Assembly (NCBI GenBank): GCA_048013815.1
Contig: CM106585.1
Span: forward strand, 8,308,001 to 8,372,000
Direction: 5' to 3'
DNA length: 64,000 nt
From: Setoptus koraiensis
Taxonomy: Eukaryota; Animalia; Arthropoda
The stretch's first letter is position 1. Each line of letters starts with the position of its first letter. The position numbers and the translations under genes were made by a program. Positions 1-10,427 of the stretch are shown here, one piece after another. The notes under the pieces are model-generated. The model saw nothing but the letters and a program-made list of their open reading frames with translations, was not told the origin of the DNA and did no database searches.

Positions 1-628
1 GCAAATTCCTCGCTGTCTCTACAAATTGGGCACTGGTTTTAGACATTTGCATCACCACTAGAGGTACAATTAAGCCCAAAATAATGATGGAAGCACAAGA
101 AAATGAATGCGAATTAGCATGCAAGAGTAAATGAAAAGTGGAGCGCTCTTGGCAAGCCATAATTTGAAAGACGCCACCTGGTGGCGAGACCAGGAAAGTA
201 GGACAGGTGACGCATTCCATGGCGCTGCCCGAACTTTTGTGTCCATGACACGCCCATTACGAGAAAAAACAACAACAACAACAATAATAATAACAAAAAT
301 TCTCAAAATCACACCCATTTCTACTTGAGGTCCTCACTACATCAATCAAATATTTTATTTGGCATCATATTTTAAAACAAAATATTTGCATATCCCGAAT
401 CTCTTACGTTCTGTAGACAGACGAGAATGGTGAGGAAACGCTCCCCAAATTATGCCTTCTTTTGATCACATCACCACAGAACATTGTGCGGATCTAGAAA
501 AATATCCAACAAAACATTTTATTAATTTATTATCCCATGGTGATCAGATGCATCAGACTTATATGAAACTCAGATTGACAGCATACAAATCAAACATGGA
601 CGGTATGCACAAACAACAGCAACAAAAA

Positions 629-1280
629 ATGAAGGTAAGATGACGAATTGGACCCAAAACCAAACTTGCCTCGCTCGCCGACGACATCCATCGCTAACCC
701 ACCAATGTTTCGCTTCTCATATTTTACAACTAATACATCCGTTTAGGTCACAAATAACCTAACGGTTTTACTCACAAGCTCTACAGTGCTTCTTCTGGTG
801 TGTGCCACTCTACCCCGAGCTGCTGGATTATCGCCATCAAATTTCTCCTCTTCACCTCAGTTGCCATCAAACACAATTTACAGAGACGACCAACACGATG
901 ATGTTCGCTGTAAATGTGTCTGTCCCTCTCCGCAAGTGGTATTCAGGGATTCCAGTCCAACTCAAAGGAGATTGTATGTTGGAAACTCTTCGCCAGAACA
1001 ATGTAATTGTTACAACGTAGTCCAGCCTCATATAGATCCCAAGATGTTGTTACAGATCAAAGATTTTTGCGCTAGATGCGAATGCAAATACCAGAGTCGT
1101 AATACGGCCACCATTAGATGGTCGGTATTGTTCGTCGTATTTGTACTGTCAATTCTGTGTCTTTATATGCTAGCCTACAGTCTCTGGGAGAATTACAGAC
1201 TTCACGGAGCAAGAGGCTTTCCCATTCCTTCCTTTTTGAAGGGCTCTAGATTAGATAATGAGCCGTTATCACTTAATTAG
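629..1280 (+). CDS. TMEM9: TMEM9/TMEM9B family lysosomal membrane protein; join(629..634,747..1280), intron 635..746
   Basis: The ORF contains RCKCVCP...QCNCYNVV...FCARCECKYQSRNT followed by a TM helix, the TMEM9 signature. The track's GTG start is preceded in frame by open codons back to a TTTAG acceptor (745-746). ATG AAG|GTAAGA at 629-640 supplies the start and gives a signal-peptide-like N-terminus. Confidence 0.85.
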
Positions 1281-2030
1281 TTAATTATTATTATTATACT
1301 ATTCACGCACGTTTAGTTATGACTTATGAGAAACAAACTATATACGCACCAAACACAACTATCGCCATAATAGATGAATAGTGCATGGTTTGATATTTTT
1401 GATTCGATTTTATTCAAAAAAGGTCACACAATAATTCTAAATCTAAACCTCTAGTCACATTTGCATCACCAATGCGTCCACCATTAATCCTTACCAGATA
1501 CCGGGATCTCAGTAGTTCAGAATTTCTACCGTTGCATCGACTTGATTGCATCGAGTTTACATCACCCTCTGCCTAGCTAGTAGATTATCCAATTTTAGAA
1601 ACATTATTCAAACTTCCCTCAAACTAGTTTTAGTAGCAGAGAGAATCGCTGGCCTGACATGTGAGCTGTCAGCCATATCAGATTTCAGGTTTCAGTTACA
1701 GATTGCACGACCGATTAATCACCGAGTATAGGAGGGGAAAAAAGGCCTGCTCTCGCCCATCTCGCTCGCACTCACTAAAAATCCGACTAGATCTTTTGTT
1801 TAGTCAACTATTCAGCTTTAGAAGGTCTACCTATATAAGTTCCCATGGAATCTCTTTTATTGAAGCACTGAGAGGGGAGTGCATAAATCATTGATGCGAT
1901 AATTGATTTACAATAATACTCAGTAATGTGAATATAACACCAATCTATTTAGAATCTATGTATCTTGTAGGTGTGATTAAACTCATTTGTGGAAACACAT
2001 CGCGTCTAGATGCCAAGCATGCAATCCTAT

Positions 2031-3020
2031 CTACGGGTGCATCTCGATTAAGCTTGTCTTCATAGTTAGAAAATATATGGAACGCATAATAAAGAATATA
2101 CCAATTAGATAAAACAATGTATATAAGGCTATCCAGCCTGGTTGTCCTTCAGAGACCCGTGGATTTGTGACAACAGTAACCGTAATGGCTATAGCTAAGG
2201 ATAAGAAGGCCACGAATAAGAACAATAGTCCACGTGCACGGGAGAACTCTCTACCGACGGATGATTTTTTCTCGCAATGCGGGCATCGGGCTAGTTGATT
2301 GGTCAGAGAATTAAATAGAAATGTTTCCTGACAATGGCCACAATTCACTCTACACATTCCAGGTATTGGTGTTACATCAGCAGGATTCCATTGGTTTGTC
2401 TGTGTATTCGGATGCATAAAACCGCGATCAAGAACAATAATTTTTCGACAATTTGGTCGCGGACAAGATATTCTTTGTGCAGTGTCTTTGCAAATCAACA
2501 ATCCATTACAAGGGCATCTAATATATTTTTGGCCTTTTGGTGCATCTCTGATGGGGGTGGCCTCTTTACAGGTGTCACATTTAACCACATGCTGTTCTTG
2601 TTTTGTCTTGATGTCTATCATTGCATCACAAACCTTACATGATATAACTGGCGGGGGCTCAGTGGTGCCCCCGCCACTTAAAGAAATTAGACACTCGCTA
2701 TGAGGTGTTTCGGGTGTTCCAGTCACTATCTTTCTCTGGTCAAATTCATTAATAGATCTTGACCTGTCGCTGACATTGCCATCATTTTGGGCTTGCTTGT
2801 TCGGCATTGTTTGTTTGTGTCGCGGGTCTTTATTGTTATTATTATTATAAGATGCTGTTGCTAGAGATGAACCAGGCTCGATTGTAGCATCAATAGACGC
2901 ATTCAGACTGTCAGTAACTCTAATATTCCCTGCTTGCTGGTGGCCCGATCCATGGGCAAACAAATCAGGCTCATCTCTGCCATTGTTACTGAGTAATGGT
3001 GATCGCTCGCTATCCGCCAT
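2031..3020 (-). CDS. PIP4P1: Phosphatidylinositol-4,5-bisphosphate 4-phosphatase (TMEM55/PIP4P family), single exon, 329 aa
   Basis: MADSERSPLL N-terminus, CxxC repeats, EATPIRDAPKGQKYIRCPCNGLLIC, CX5R motif CKDTAQR followed by ISCPRPNC, and two C-terminal TM helices. Confidence 0.95.
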   Translation of the reverse strand: MADSERSPLLSNNGRDEPDLFAHGSGHQQAGNIRVTDSLNASIDATIEPGSSLATASYNNNNNKDPRHKQTMPNKQAQNDGNVSDRSRSINEFDQRKIVTGTPETPHSECLISLSGGGTTEPPPVISCKVCDAMIDIKTKQEQHVVKCDTCKEATPIRDAPKGQKYIRCPCNGLLICKDTAQRISCPRPNCRKIIVLDRGFMHPNTQTNQWNPADVTPIPGMCRVNCGHCQETFLFNSLTNQLARCPHCEKKSSVGREFSRARGLLFLFVAFLSLAIAITVTVVTNPRVSEGQPGWIALYTLFYLIGIFFIMRSIYFLTMKTSLIEMHP

Positions 3021-3972
3021 GATTTTTCTATCTTTATGTCTGCCTATTTGTCTGTCTATTTCTCTCTCTTGATTGATCGATTGATTGATTAATGTCTGTG
3101 ATAAGTAGTAGCAAAGTGGTTTTGAGTCCTTCTCGGCAGCTCAGATGCTACCGATCAGTGAGAAAAATGTGATCGGGTTTTTTTTCCCAATTTCTTGAAT
3201 GATGATGTTAATTGGTGACCTATACAATCGATTTCTATGTAGATACAACATTCAAGCGTTCGTTAATATAATAGGCGATGCTGATATTTTGTCAAGCTAA
3301 TTGTTAGTCAGCGGGTCTAAAATGATGGTGAGTTGACAGCTCAAGTCGAATAGTGTTGTTTTGTAAATACACAGCCTGGTGATTTCTTTGACTGATACAC
3401 CAACTATTGTGCGTATTCTGAAATCTAGATTCCGATGCGAATGAAAGCAAACAACTCACCGACAATGATGTTCTGTTGAGAATCTATTTGATGTAATCAC
3501 AATCGACGCTGGCGCCGCCTTCAGTACAATACGAACATGCACTTATAATGTGTGTGGTCAATGTCGCGCTCAAATTGTGCTTATTAGTGCACAATTGTCC
3601 TGTTGAAAATTCAGGATAAAACGAACTGATTTAGGAAAACTAAATCGACCGTGTCACATGATGGTAAAACATGTAGGTTGTTCCAATGGTACACATTACA
3701 TGTATTATTTATTTTGCTTCATCCCGAGACCGTTCTTGTACGCGAATTGCGGTCTAGAGAGAATATTATTATCACTAAATATTTCTATCACTGTTATTAT
3801 TACTATTACCGTTGTTGTTGTTGTTATTATTGTTATAGTTATAAATAACAGACTAACCAATCAGTCTAATATTCAATCAGACACACATAATATAATTGGT
3901 AACCTACAGTTGGCCCATTGAAGCAATTAGTTGATTTTCGTTAGACCGTACATATTGTCGTAATCAATCAGC

Positions 3973-5282
3973 ATGACTAGCGAATATTGGCTCATATCAG
4001 CTCCAGGCGACAAAACATGTCAGCAAACGTGGGAAACATTGAATAACAACACCAAAAAATATCCAGATCTTTGTAAGAACTATAAGTTTTCGATACCCGA
4101 CTTAAAAGTGGGCACACTAGACACACTTGTAGGCCTGAGCGATGATCTTACCAAATTGGACCAATTCGTTGAGCTAGTTAGCCATAAATTGGCCTCATCT
4201 ATAGCAGATACACTGGAAAGCAGAAAGGATGCACCATTAAATGAACATTTGCTCGCAATGAACATGCCCTTAGTAGATTATATAACGAAATTTCAATGGG
4301 ACTTGGCAAAATATCCAATCAAGCAATCTTTGAAATCACTCCATGATATAATAAGTAAACAAGTTGGTCAGATTGATGCCGATTTGAAAGTCAAATCAAC
4401 GGCATATAATTCATTGAGGGGCAATCTTCAATCATTAGAACGCAAGCAAACAGGCAGCTTACTGGTAAGTATCGCCTTTGAAACTCGTCTCGCATTTTTC
4501 TCAGCTTACTATCCACCTATACACTCGATACATTTTATATATTTACTTGACTTGTTAATTAATACATTTATTGCATCTTGAATTGACCTCAATTCATTCA
4601 ACACTAAATTCACTTTATCCAGGCCCGTAATCTAGCTGATCTCGTTAAACGAGAACATTTCGTTCTAGACAGTGAATATCTTGCAACCTTGTTAGTTGTT
4701 GTACCTAAAGCTTACTACAAAGATTGGAACTTAAATTTTGAAAAACTAACCGACATGATCGTGCCAAGGTCCTCAATACTAGTCTATGAAGATGAAGATC
4801 ATGGCCTGTTCACTATAACATTATTTCACAAAGTTATTGATGAATTTAAGGCGAAAGCTCGCGAAAAGAAGTTCGTTGTAAGAGATTTTAGATACAATGA
4901 GACAGATATCGCTGCGGGCAAAAATGAGTTGGCCAAATTGGAAGGCGACAAGAAGAAACATTTCCAAGTATTACTGAGATGGCTCAAGGTGAACTTTAGC
5001 GAATGTTTCGTTGCTTGGATTCATGTTAAAACCCTAAGATTATTTGTCGAATCTATTTTAAGATACGGCCTGCCAGTCAATTTTTTGGCCGTTCTTATAC
5101 AACCTGGCAGAAAACAAGCAAGAAAATTACGCGAAGTATTGAATCAACTATATTCTCATTTGGATACCTCAATATCACAGGGTCCTGTAGACGATATACC
5201 GGGGTTCAATATTGGCCAGCTAGAATATTATCCCTATGTTTATTTTAAGATTAATATAGATATGCTCTCTGGTACCCAATGA
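3973..5282 (+). CDS. ATP6V1C1: V-type proton ATPase subunit C; join(3973..4464,4623..5282), intron 4465..4622
   Basis: [38 protein letters not shown] and [14 protein letters not shown] match the family. The CTG|GTAAGT donor and CCAG|GCC acceptor join in frame to [24 protein letters not shown]. Confidence 0.97.
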
Positions 5283-5778
5283 AGGAGACATAGGACCGAT
5301 CTGCATTGTTTTTTTTTCTTCTTGTTTTTCCTACCCAATTTATATCACACGATCAACACATTTCATATTATTTTCTAGGTATTGATCCACTAAAGTTCAG
5401 CATCCGCTCCGTCATTCGGCGTACTAAGTACAGAAATATAAATATAACAAAATGGATAGAAGGAGAGAAAACTGAGCAAGTGGTGTTATTCGCTTCATCA
5501 GATTTATTAATTTTATCAGAACATACTCTATTAGTCAAGGTTATAATCAAGAAGTAGATAGACAAAGCAACTACTAAAGAACAATAATTTGTCAATAAAG
5601 AGAGAGCAATATAAGCGTGCTTCATTCCAATAAATGTGCCGCAATATCGCTCTGGTTCCAATTTACAGAATCAATTCATGCTGAGAGCTCTTTTTATTGA
5701 GAATAACTTCATTGTTTATGTAGCTTGTCAATCAATTAATATAAATACATCATGAGGGTTGTTAGAATTACAATCAAA

Positions 5779-6975
5779 TTAGTTGATAGAGTTCAGTCGG
5801 GCGTTTGGCGTGAAAGTCTGAGTATTTAAGACATGGATATTTTTCATTGCATCTAGTATAAGTTCTCTACGGCTGATTCTTGCGTTGATCTCAGATTCGC
5901 ACGCGTACAAAGCTATTTTGTCGGAATTTTTTGATTTCTTTAAACGAATAAGTCCTTGACTTTCCAAAGTCTCCAACACAAATCGGAAGTTCCCCTTATT
6001 TTCGGTCATGTCAAAACGTCGCCCCAACTTGAGGAAAAAACTGTAGCATTTAATAAAATCGATGGATGCTAGTTTACTAGATGTGATTAAATGAGTAATA
6101 GAAAATAAGGCCAACTGATGAATGAGTGGGAAAACGTCGTCCTCATAGTTGGTGTTTTTTTGCTTCTTCTTTATCGAGGTGGCTGTTGAAACTAGTGTAG
6201 CACGAGCCTTTGCTTTAGGTGTTTGCTCTAGGGTAGCTAATGATGGTGCGGATCTAATAGCATCGTCAAGAATAGTTTTGCATGCATTAAGAGCACCTCT
6301 TATATCGCCATTTTCTCTGGCAAATTTCTTACAAATCATGTCAAGCGCTTTGGGGTCCATTTCTGCGTCTTGATAGTTCTCATCGTTCTCCAGGTACCAA
6401 GTTAATATCATCTTGATGTCTCCAATAGTGTATGGCCTAAAGATAATTTTTTCCATGGCACTTGTATCGGTGCCAAGAAGAGAGTTCAACGTCTCCATGC
6501 GGCTAGTGAGACTAAATGTGTTTGAGATACCAACTAATACTAGCTTACTGAGGGGTAATGATGGCCAGGAGAAGATTGTTCTAATTAAATTGAGATTCCT
6601 GGATTTGGGCAATTTGTCTATTTCATCCAAAATAAACAGACAGGTTTCACTGGTTCTACTTGAGATCTTTTTAGTTAGTTTACTGATCATTTCGGCCTCG
6701 GTGGTCTTTGCCGACACTTGTTTCGCTAGTCCAACTTCTTGGCAAATTTTAGCTAGTATTGATTTGGCCGTTTGCATCCTCATACAATTTATGTCAACTT
6801 TGGTGATATGTTTGTATTTTTTTGTTGTTTCTAATGTATTTAAAACATGTTGTACACACATTGTCTTGCCTGTTCCAGGTGGCCCGTAGAGATAGAGTAA
6901 GCCGGAGCTTTTTTGGTCCATTTTGGTGGTGACGAATTTTTCAATTCGTTCAATTTGTTTACTTCTAGCTATCAT
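5779..6975 (-). CDS. CDC6: Cell division control protein 6 (AAA+ ATPase plus winged helix), about 398 aa, short N-terminus
   Basis: Walker A LYLYGPPGTGKT, Walker B FILDEIDKL, IFSWPSL..KLVLVGISN, FRPYT, GDIRGALNAC and a C-terminal winged-helix-like region. The first ATG is at 6975; the ORF track opens at GTG 6978. Confidence 0.93.
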   Translation of the reverse strand: MIARSKQIERIEKFVTTKMDQKSSGLLYLYGPPGTGKTMCVQHVLNTLETTKKYKHITKVDINCMRMQTAKSILAKICQEVGLAKQVSAKTTEAEMISKLTKKISSRTSETCLFILDEIDKLPKSRNLNLIRTIFSWPSLPLSKLVLVGISNTFSLTSRMETLNSLLGTDTSAMEKIIFRPYTIGDIKMILTWYLENDENYQDAEMDPKALDMICKKFARENGDIRGALNACKTILDDAIRSAPSLATLEQTPKAKARATLVSTATSIKKKQKNTNYEDDVFPLIHQLALFSITHLITSSKLASIDFIKCYSFFLKLGRRFDMTENKGNFRFVLETLESQGLIRLKKSKNSDKIALYACESEINARISRRELILDAMKNIHVLNTQTFTPNARLNSIN

Positions 6976-7232
6976 CACAGTGCCTTGCTTAGATATTGTC
7001 TATTTAAAAAATAACAGTATAAGTTGTAGAATATTGGTATATACTGGGGATTAATAATAATGAAAGCTCATAATAGTCATTACGCGTCCAGAGAAACAAT
7101 CAAAATGATAATGTCAAACGGAGACACAATCCGTACAACTGGTAAAAGTGGTAAAAAACTAACTCATCCGAACAACAACAACAGCGACAACAACAAAGCA
7201 TTTAAAGGGCGCGTATTTGACGAAAAGCAGTA

Positions 7233-7574
7233 CAGTGTGCGTTTTTGCCAATGGCTTTTTTCCCATTTCTTTTAGAAGCCGCCAGGGCGGCGCACTCAGA
7301 TTTTCATATGCAGTGTGAGTGAGCGTCAGTCGCAGTGTGTGCCGCAGTATAGCTGTTTCGCGAGTAAACTGCCAGTGATGAACTGCCGTCAAAGTAGTGA
7401 GTGCAGTGATCGCAGCGCCCCTAGTTGTTTGCTAGCTATCTGTTGAGTAACGTCAACCAATTGAAACATTTATCGATACACTCTACCCTCGGGTGTGCAT
7501 CCCTGTCCGCTCGCTGCGCCCTTGGCGGGCAAAGAAGTAAATAGGAGAAAAGCCATTGGCAAAAACGCACACTG
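7233..7574. mobile_element. Putative Tc1/mariner-type MITE, 342 bp, non-autonomous
   Basis: Perfect 27-bp terminal inverted repeats CAGTGTGCGTTTTTGCCAATGGCTTTT (7233-7259 and reverse complement 7548-7574), with imperfect similarity extending further inward. TA flanks both ends (7231-7232, 7575-7576). No transposase ORF. Confidence 0.7.
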
Positions 7575-8266
7575 TACACAGCGACTATTAAAGTTCTTTT
7601 AAAAAGCCTGTTGCGTTGGTACCATAGAGTGCACCCATGGTGCACGGGCTATAGCTCGCACCATTGGCATTGTGTCGGACACAAATCCACACAAATCACT
7701 GGCGCCGTTTTAGCGCCAAATCTTTTCTACGACCAGTGCAGTATTTAGAAAGTTTTGTGCGCCACATTCAAACGGGTAATTTTTGAATGGAGATTCGGGC
7801 GACATTGAGCAATGGTGTGCGTTTGAGCATTTCATCGACTTTGCAACAGATGATCTAATCGATGAAGGTGCGCCTCATGAAACGGGAGAGGAAAGAAACG
7901 TGCTTCACCGATCAACATGTTAGTTACGACAATTATAGGACATATCTATATAAGCTCTAACTACATAACTGTTATCACCACTATTGTATATGAAATTATA
8001 TTATCAGGTACAAACAGAATGTCAACCACATCACTAGTGACAGGATGAAACTAGTGGACGGCACGTGTTATATGGAGCCAGAAAAAGTCAATCAAAAGCC
8101 TTATTTGCACAAATTTTGAGAGTGTGCGAACGTCGGAAAAGTCTCATTTCAGCTAGCCCAATTATTATTATTCAATTACCAATATCAGTTTAACCTATAC
8201 TACTACACTGTCAGTTATTTTGTTATTGCCACGGTACATGATTCCTTCCTCTTTTAACTATACAAA

Positions 8267-9064
8267 ATGTCCACTAGGAACCTGGCTTACTATGAACAAT
8301 TAAGGAGAGTAAACGAGCTATTTATTGAGTGTCTTCAGAAGTCACAGAGCGAATCCCCCTATTATGACTTCTCACCCTGTTGCAAAGACTATCTACAGCA
8401 TATTGAGAACCTAGAAAAACAATTTCCTGAAGGAGAAAGTTCTACAGACTCAAGACAGCATCAACAACAAAATCAACAACAGAATCAGCAGCTGAATCAA
8501 CAGCAGAATCAACAGCAAAATCAACAGCAAAATCAACAGCAGAACCAGCAACAGAATCAGCAACAGAATCAACAATACAATCAACTACAATTAATAAATC
8601 AACAACAAAATGAACATCGAGAGCAACTACAACTATCTAAACCAACCAATGTACAATCTGATCATGTGGGCGAGGATGACGGAGATGCTGAAACCTTCCC
8701 CATCGAACCTCCTGCCGAGAGGTACGAGGAGCCTAATTCACACTACTCAGTTAAATGTAGGCTCTTTTGTATCAAAGATAAAAACTATCAAACTCTCGGT
8801 GTAGGAATGGTGTTTCTAAAATCTGACGCGCCAGGACAGTACCAATTAATTGTGCGAGCAGAGCCAGACCTTAGGCGGATACTCCTCAACAAAAGAATAA
8901 GTAACTCAACTATCATAAACAAACAAGCAAAGTGCATACGAATTCCATTTTTAGATAATCCTGCCAAGGAAGAGGTCACTACTTATGCCATTAAAGTCAG
9001 GACCCTAAGTGAGGCTGATACTCTGCATCAACATTTAGAAAAAATGAGAGAACAATCTATTTAA
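8267..9064 (+). CDS. NUP50: Nup50-like nucleoporin with C-terminal Ran-binding domain, 265 aa
   Basis: The helical block YYEQLRRVNELFIECLQK...YDFSPCCKDYLQHIENLEK resembles the Nup50 conserved helical region. The C-terminus YSVKCRLFCIK...LGVGMVFLK...QLIVRAEPDLRRILLN is a RanBD of Nup50 type. Confidence 0.75.
   Translation: MSTRNLAYYEQLRRVNELFIECLQKSQSESPYYDFSPCCKDYLQHIENLEKQFPEGESSTDSRQHQQQNQQQNQQLNQQQNQQQNQQQNQQQNQQQNQQQNQQYNQLQLINQQQNEHREQLQLSKPTNVQSDHVGEDDGDAETFPIEPPAERYEEPNSHYSVKCRLFCIKDKNYQTLGVGMVFLKSDAPGQYQLIVRAEPDLRRILLNKRISNSTIINKQAKCIRIPFLDNPAKEEVTTYAIKVRTLSEADTLHQHLEKMREQSI
8458..8610 (+). repeat. Coding 12-bp tandem repeat (AATCAACAGCAR) encoding (NQQQ)n within Nup50-like
   Basis: Directly visible in the DNA and the translation. 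Confidence 0.9.
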
Positions 9065-9993
9065 TCTAGTAACAACTGAAGTCAACTCATCATCCTGGCT
9101 GGCATCGTTGTTTGCACCAGGCAGAAACTGATTCATGGACTCCGGAATAAAAAGATCTTGCATATTATAATTGGCTGTGATTCCCAAACTCTTTCTCACT
9201 TCAATGTATGTTGATAGAAGCGATTCCATCTGATCTAGTGTCGGACCAATTTCGTAATTAATGTGATTTCTGATCGCTTGTTCTTGCCCTCGATCTTTCG
9301 AAGTATCTCTGTTAGAATTTCCACTGTTGCGATTGCTCCCTCTTGTATTGTGTCTATTCTTGTATGTCTGCAATACATTCTTTTTGGTCACAAGTGAAGG
9401 TCCATAAATAGTATTTGATTGAACAAACTTGATGGCATTGAGAGAAAAAAGTTTGCCAATGGTGTACTTGAGGTCATCACGATTGATCACTGAATCGTTT
9501 TCTAAAAGATTTCTCATACATCTCATATTTTCCAAATTGATACGAATTTGCTGCCTTAAGTTGGTTGGTTGTTTAAGATATAAACAGAGTAGTAGATGGA
9601 TAGCAACTATTTGACGAACCACGGCAGTATTTTCTGGAGAGAGTTCTCCAGTCAAGATATTGTAGACCTCCTCCAGAAACTCAAATAATTCTCTGTGATC
9701 AAATCGATTCCTGAAACAAATAATGAGCAAGAAAACGAGTTGTCAAGAATAGATTAGAGAATAACCTTAGCATCTTTTCGCCTTGATTCTTTGATCGGGT
9801 CATACTTTGTCACTTACACAAATAAATTTCCTAGTTTATATGAATCCCAGATCCCCATGAGGTCTAACAGGGACTGAGAGGTTTTTTTGAATTGTTCTGA
9901 TACATGATTAAAGTCTTCTCTGAATCCTTCAGCAATATATTTTAGCCCAGGGTTGTTTTGAACTTTGTTTGATACTGTTTTTGATGACATCAT
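9035..9993 (-). CDS. SNAPC1: snRNA-activating protein complex subunit 1 (SNAP43); complement(join(9035..9710,9818..9993)), intron 9711..9817
   Basis: RQIVAIHLLLCLYLKQPTNLRQQIRINL resembles the SNAPC1 QIRVGALYLLYGLYNTQ...KIRVAL block. An upstream exon of 58 codons plus 2 nt from ATG 9993 splices via GT|GTAAGT and TTTCAG|G in frame to GNLFVNRFDHRELFEFLEE. Confidence 0.8.
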
Positions 9994-10427
9994 TTTATTT
10001 CACTGATGTATGTTGAACCAACTTATCATAAAGAATTTATTGGACTGACCGCTTCACAAAGTTAGCAAATTCCGACGTCGAACGGTGTGCCTTAGTATAT
10101 CGTCAACATAGAACATGTGAATTATGAAAACAAATACCAGAGCGCACTATCGACCATTCATATAATGTATAACCAATGTGAGTAAATCAACAGCTCATGT
10201 CTCGGTTGATTCATCATCTGTTAATTTCACGTAGGGTGACTTCGTCAACACAAAAAAAAAATCTAGAGAAGCTAAAGAGAATTAGCATGCACGGATATGA
10301 AACAAACTTTTCTGGTCAAATGTTCGACAAAGAAAAAGACATACAAGCTGTGACTCGGTCAATGTTTTTCTCCGAACTCCAGAGATTCTTTATTTATATA
10401 GGTGAATGGTGACGAGAATTGAAGTAT

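Noticed and set aside
1-620. Short ORFs on both strands at the window start
   Set aside because: No family motif recognised in any frame I translated, and the hydrophobic starts derive from an (AAC/AAT)n microsatellite.
10197-10412. 71-aa plus-strand ORF between SNAPC1 and PSMB6
   Set aside because: No recognisable motif; it lies in the probable PSMB6 3' UTR or SNAPC1 promoter.
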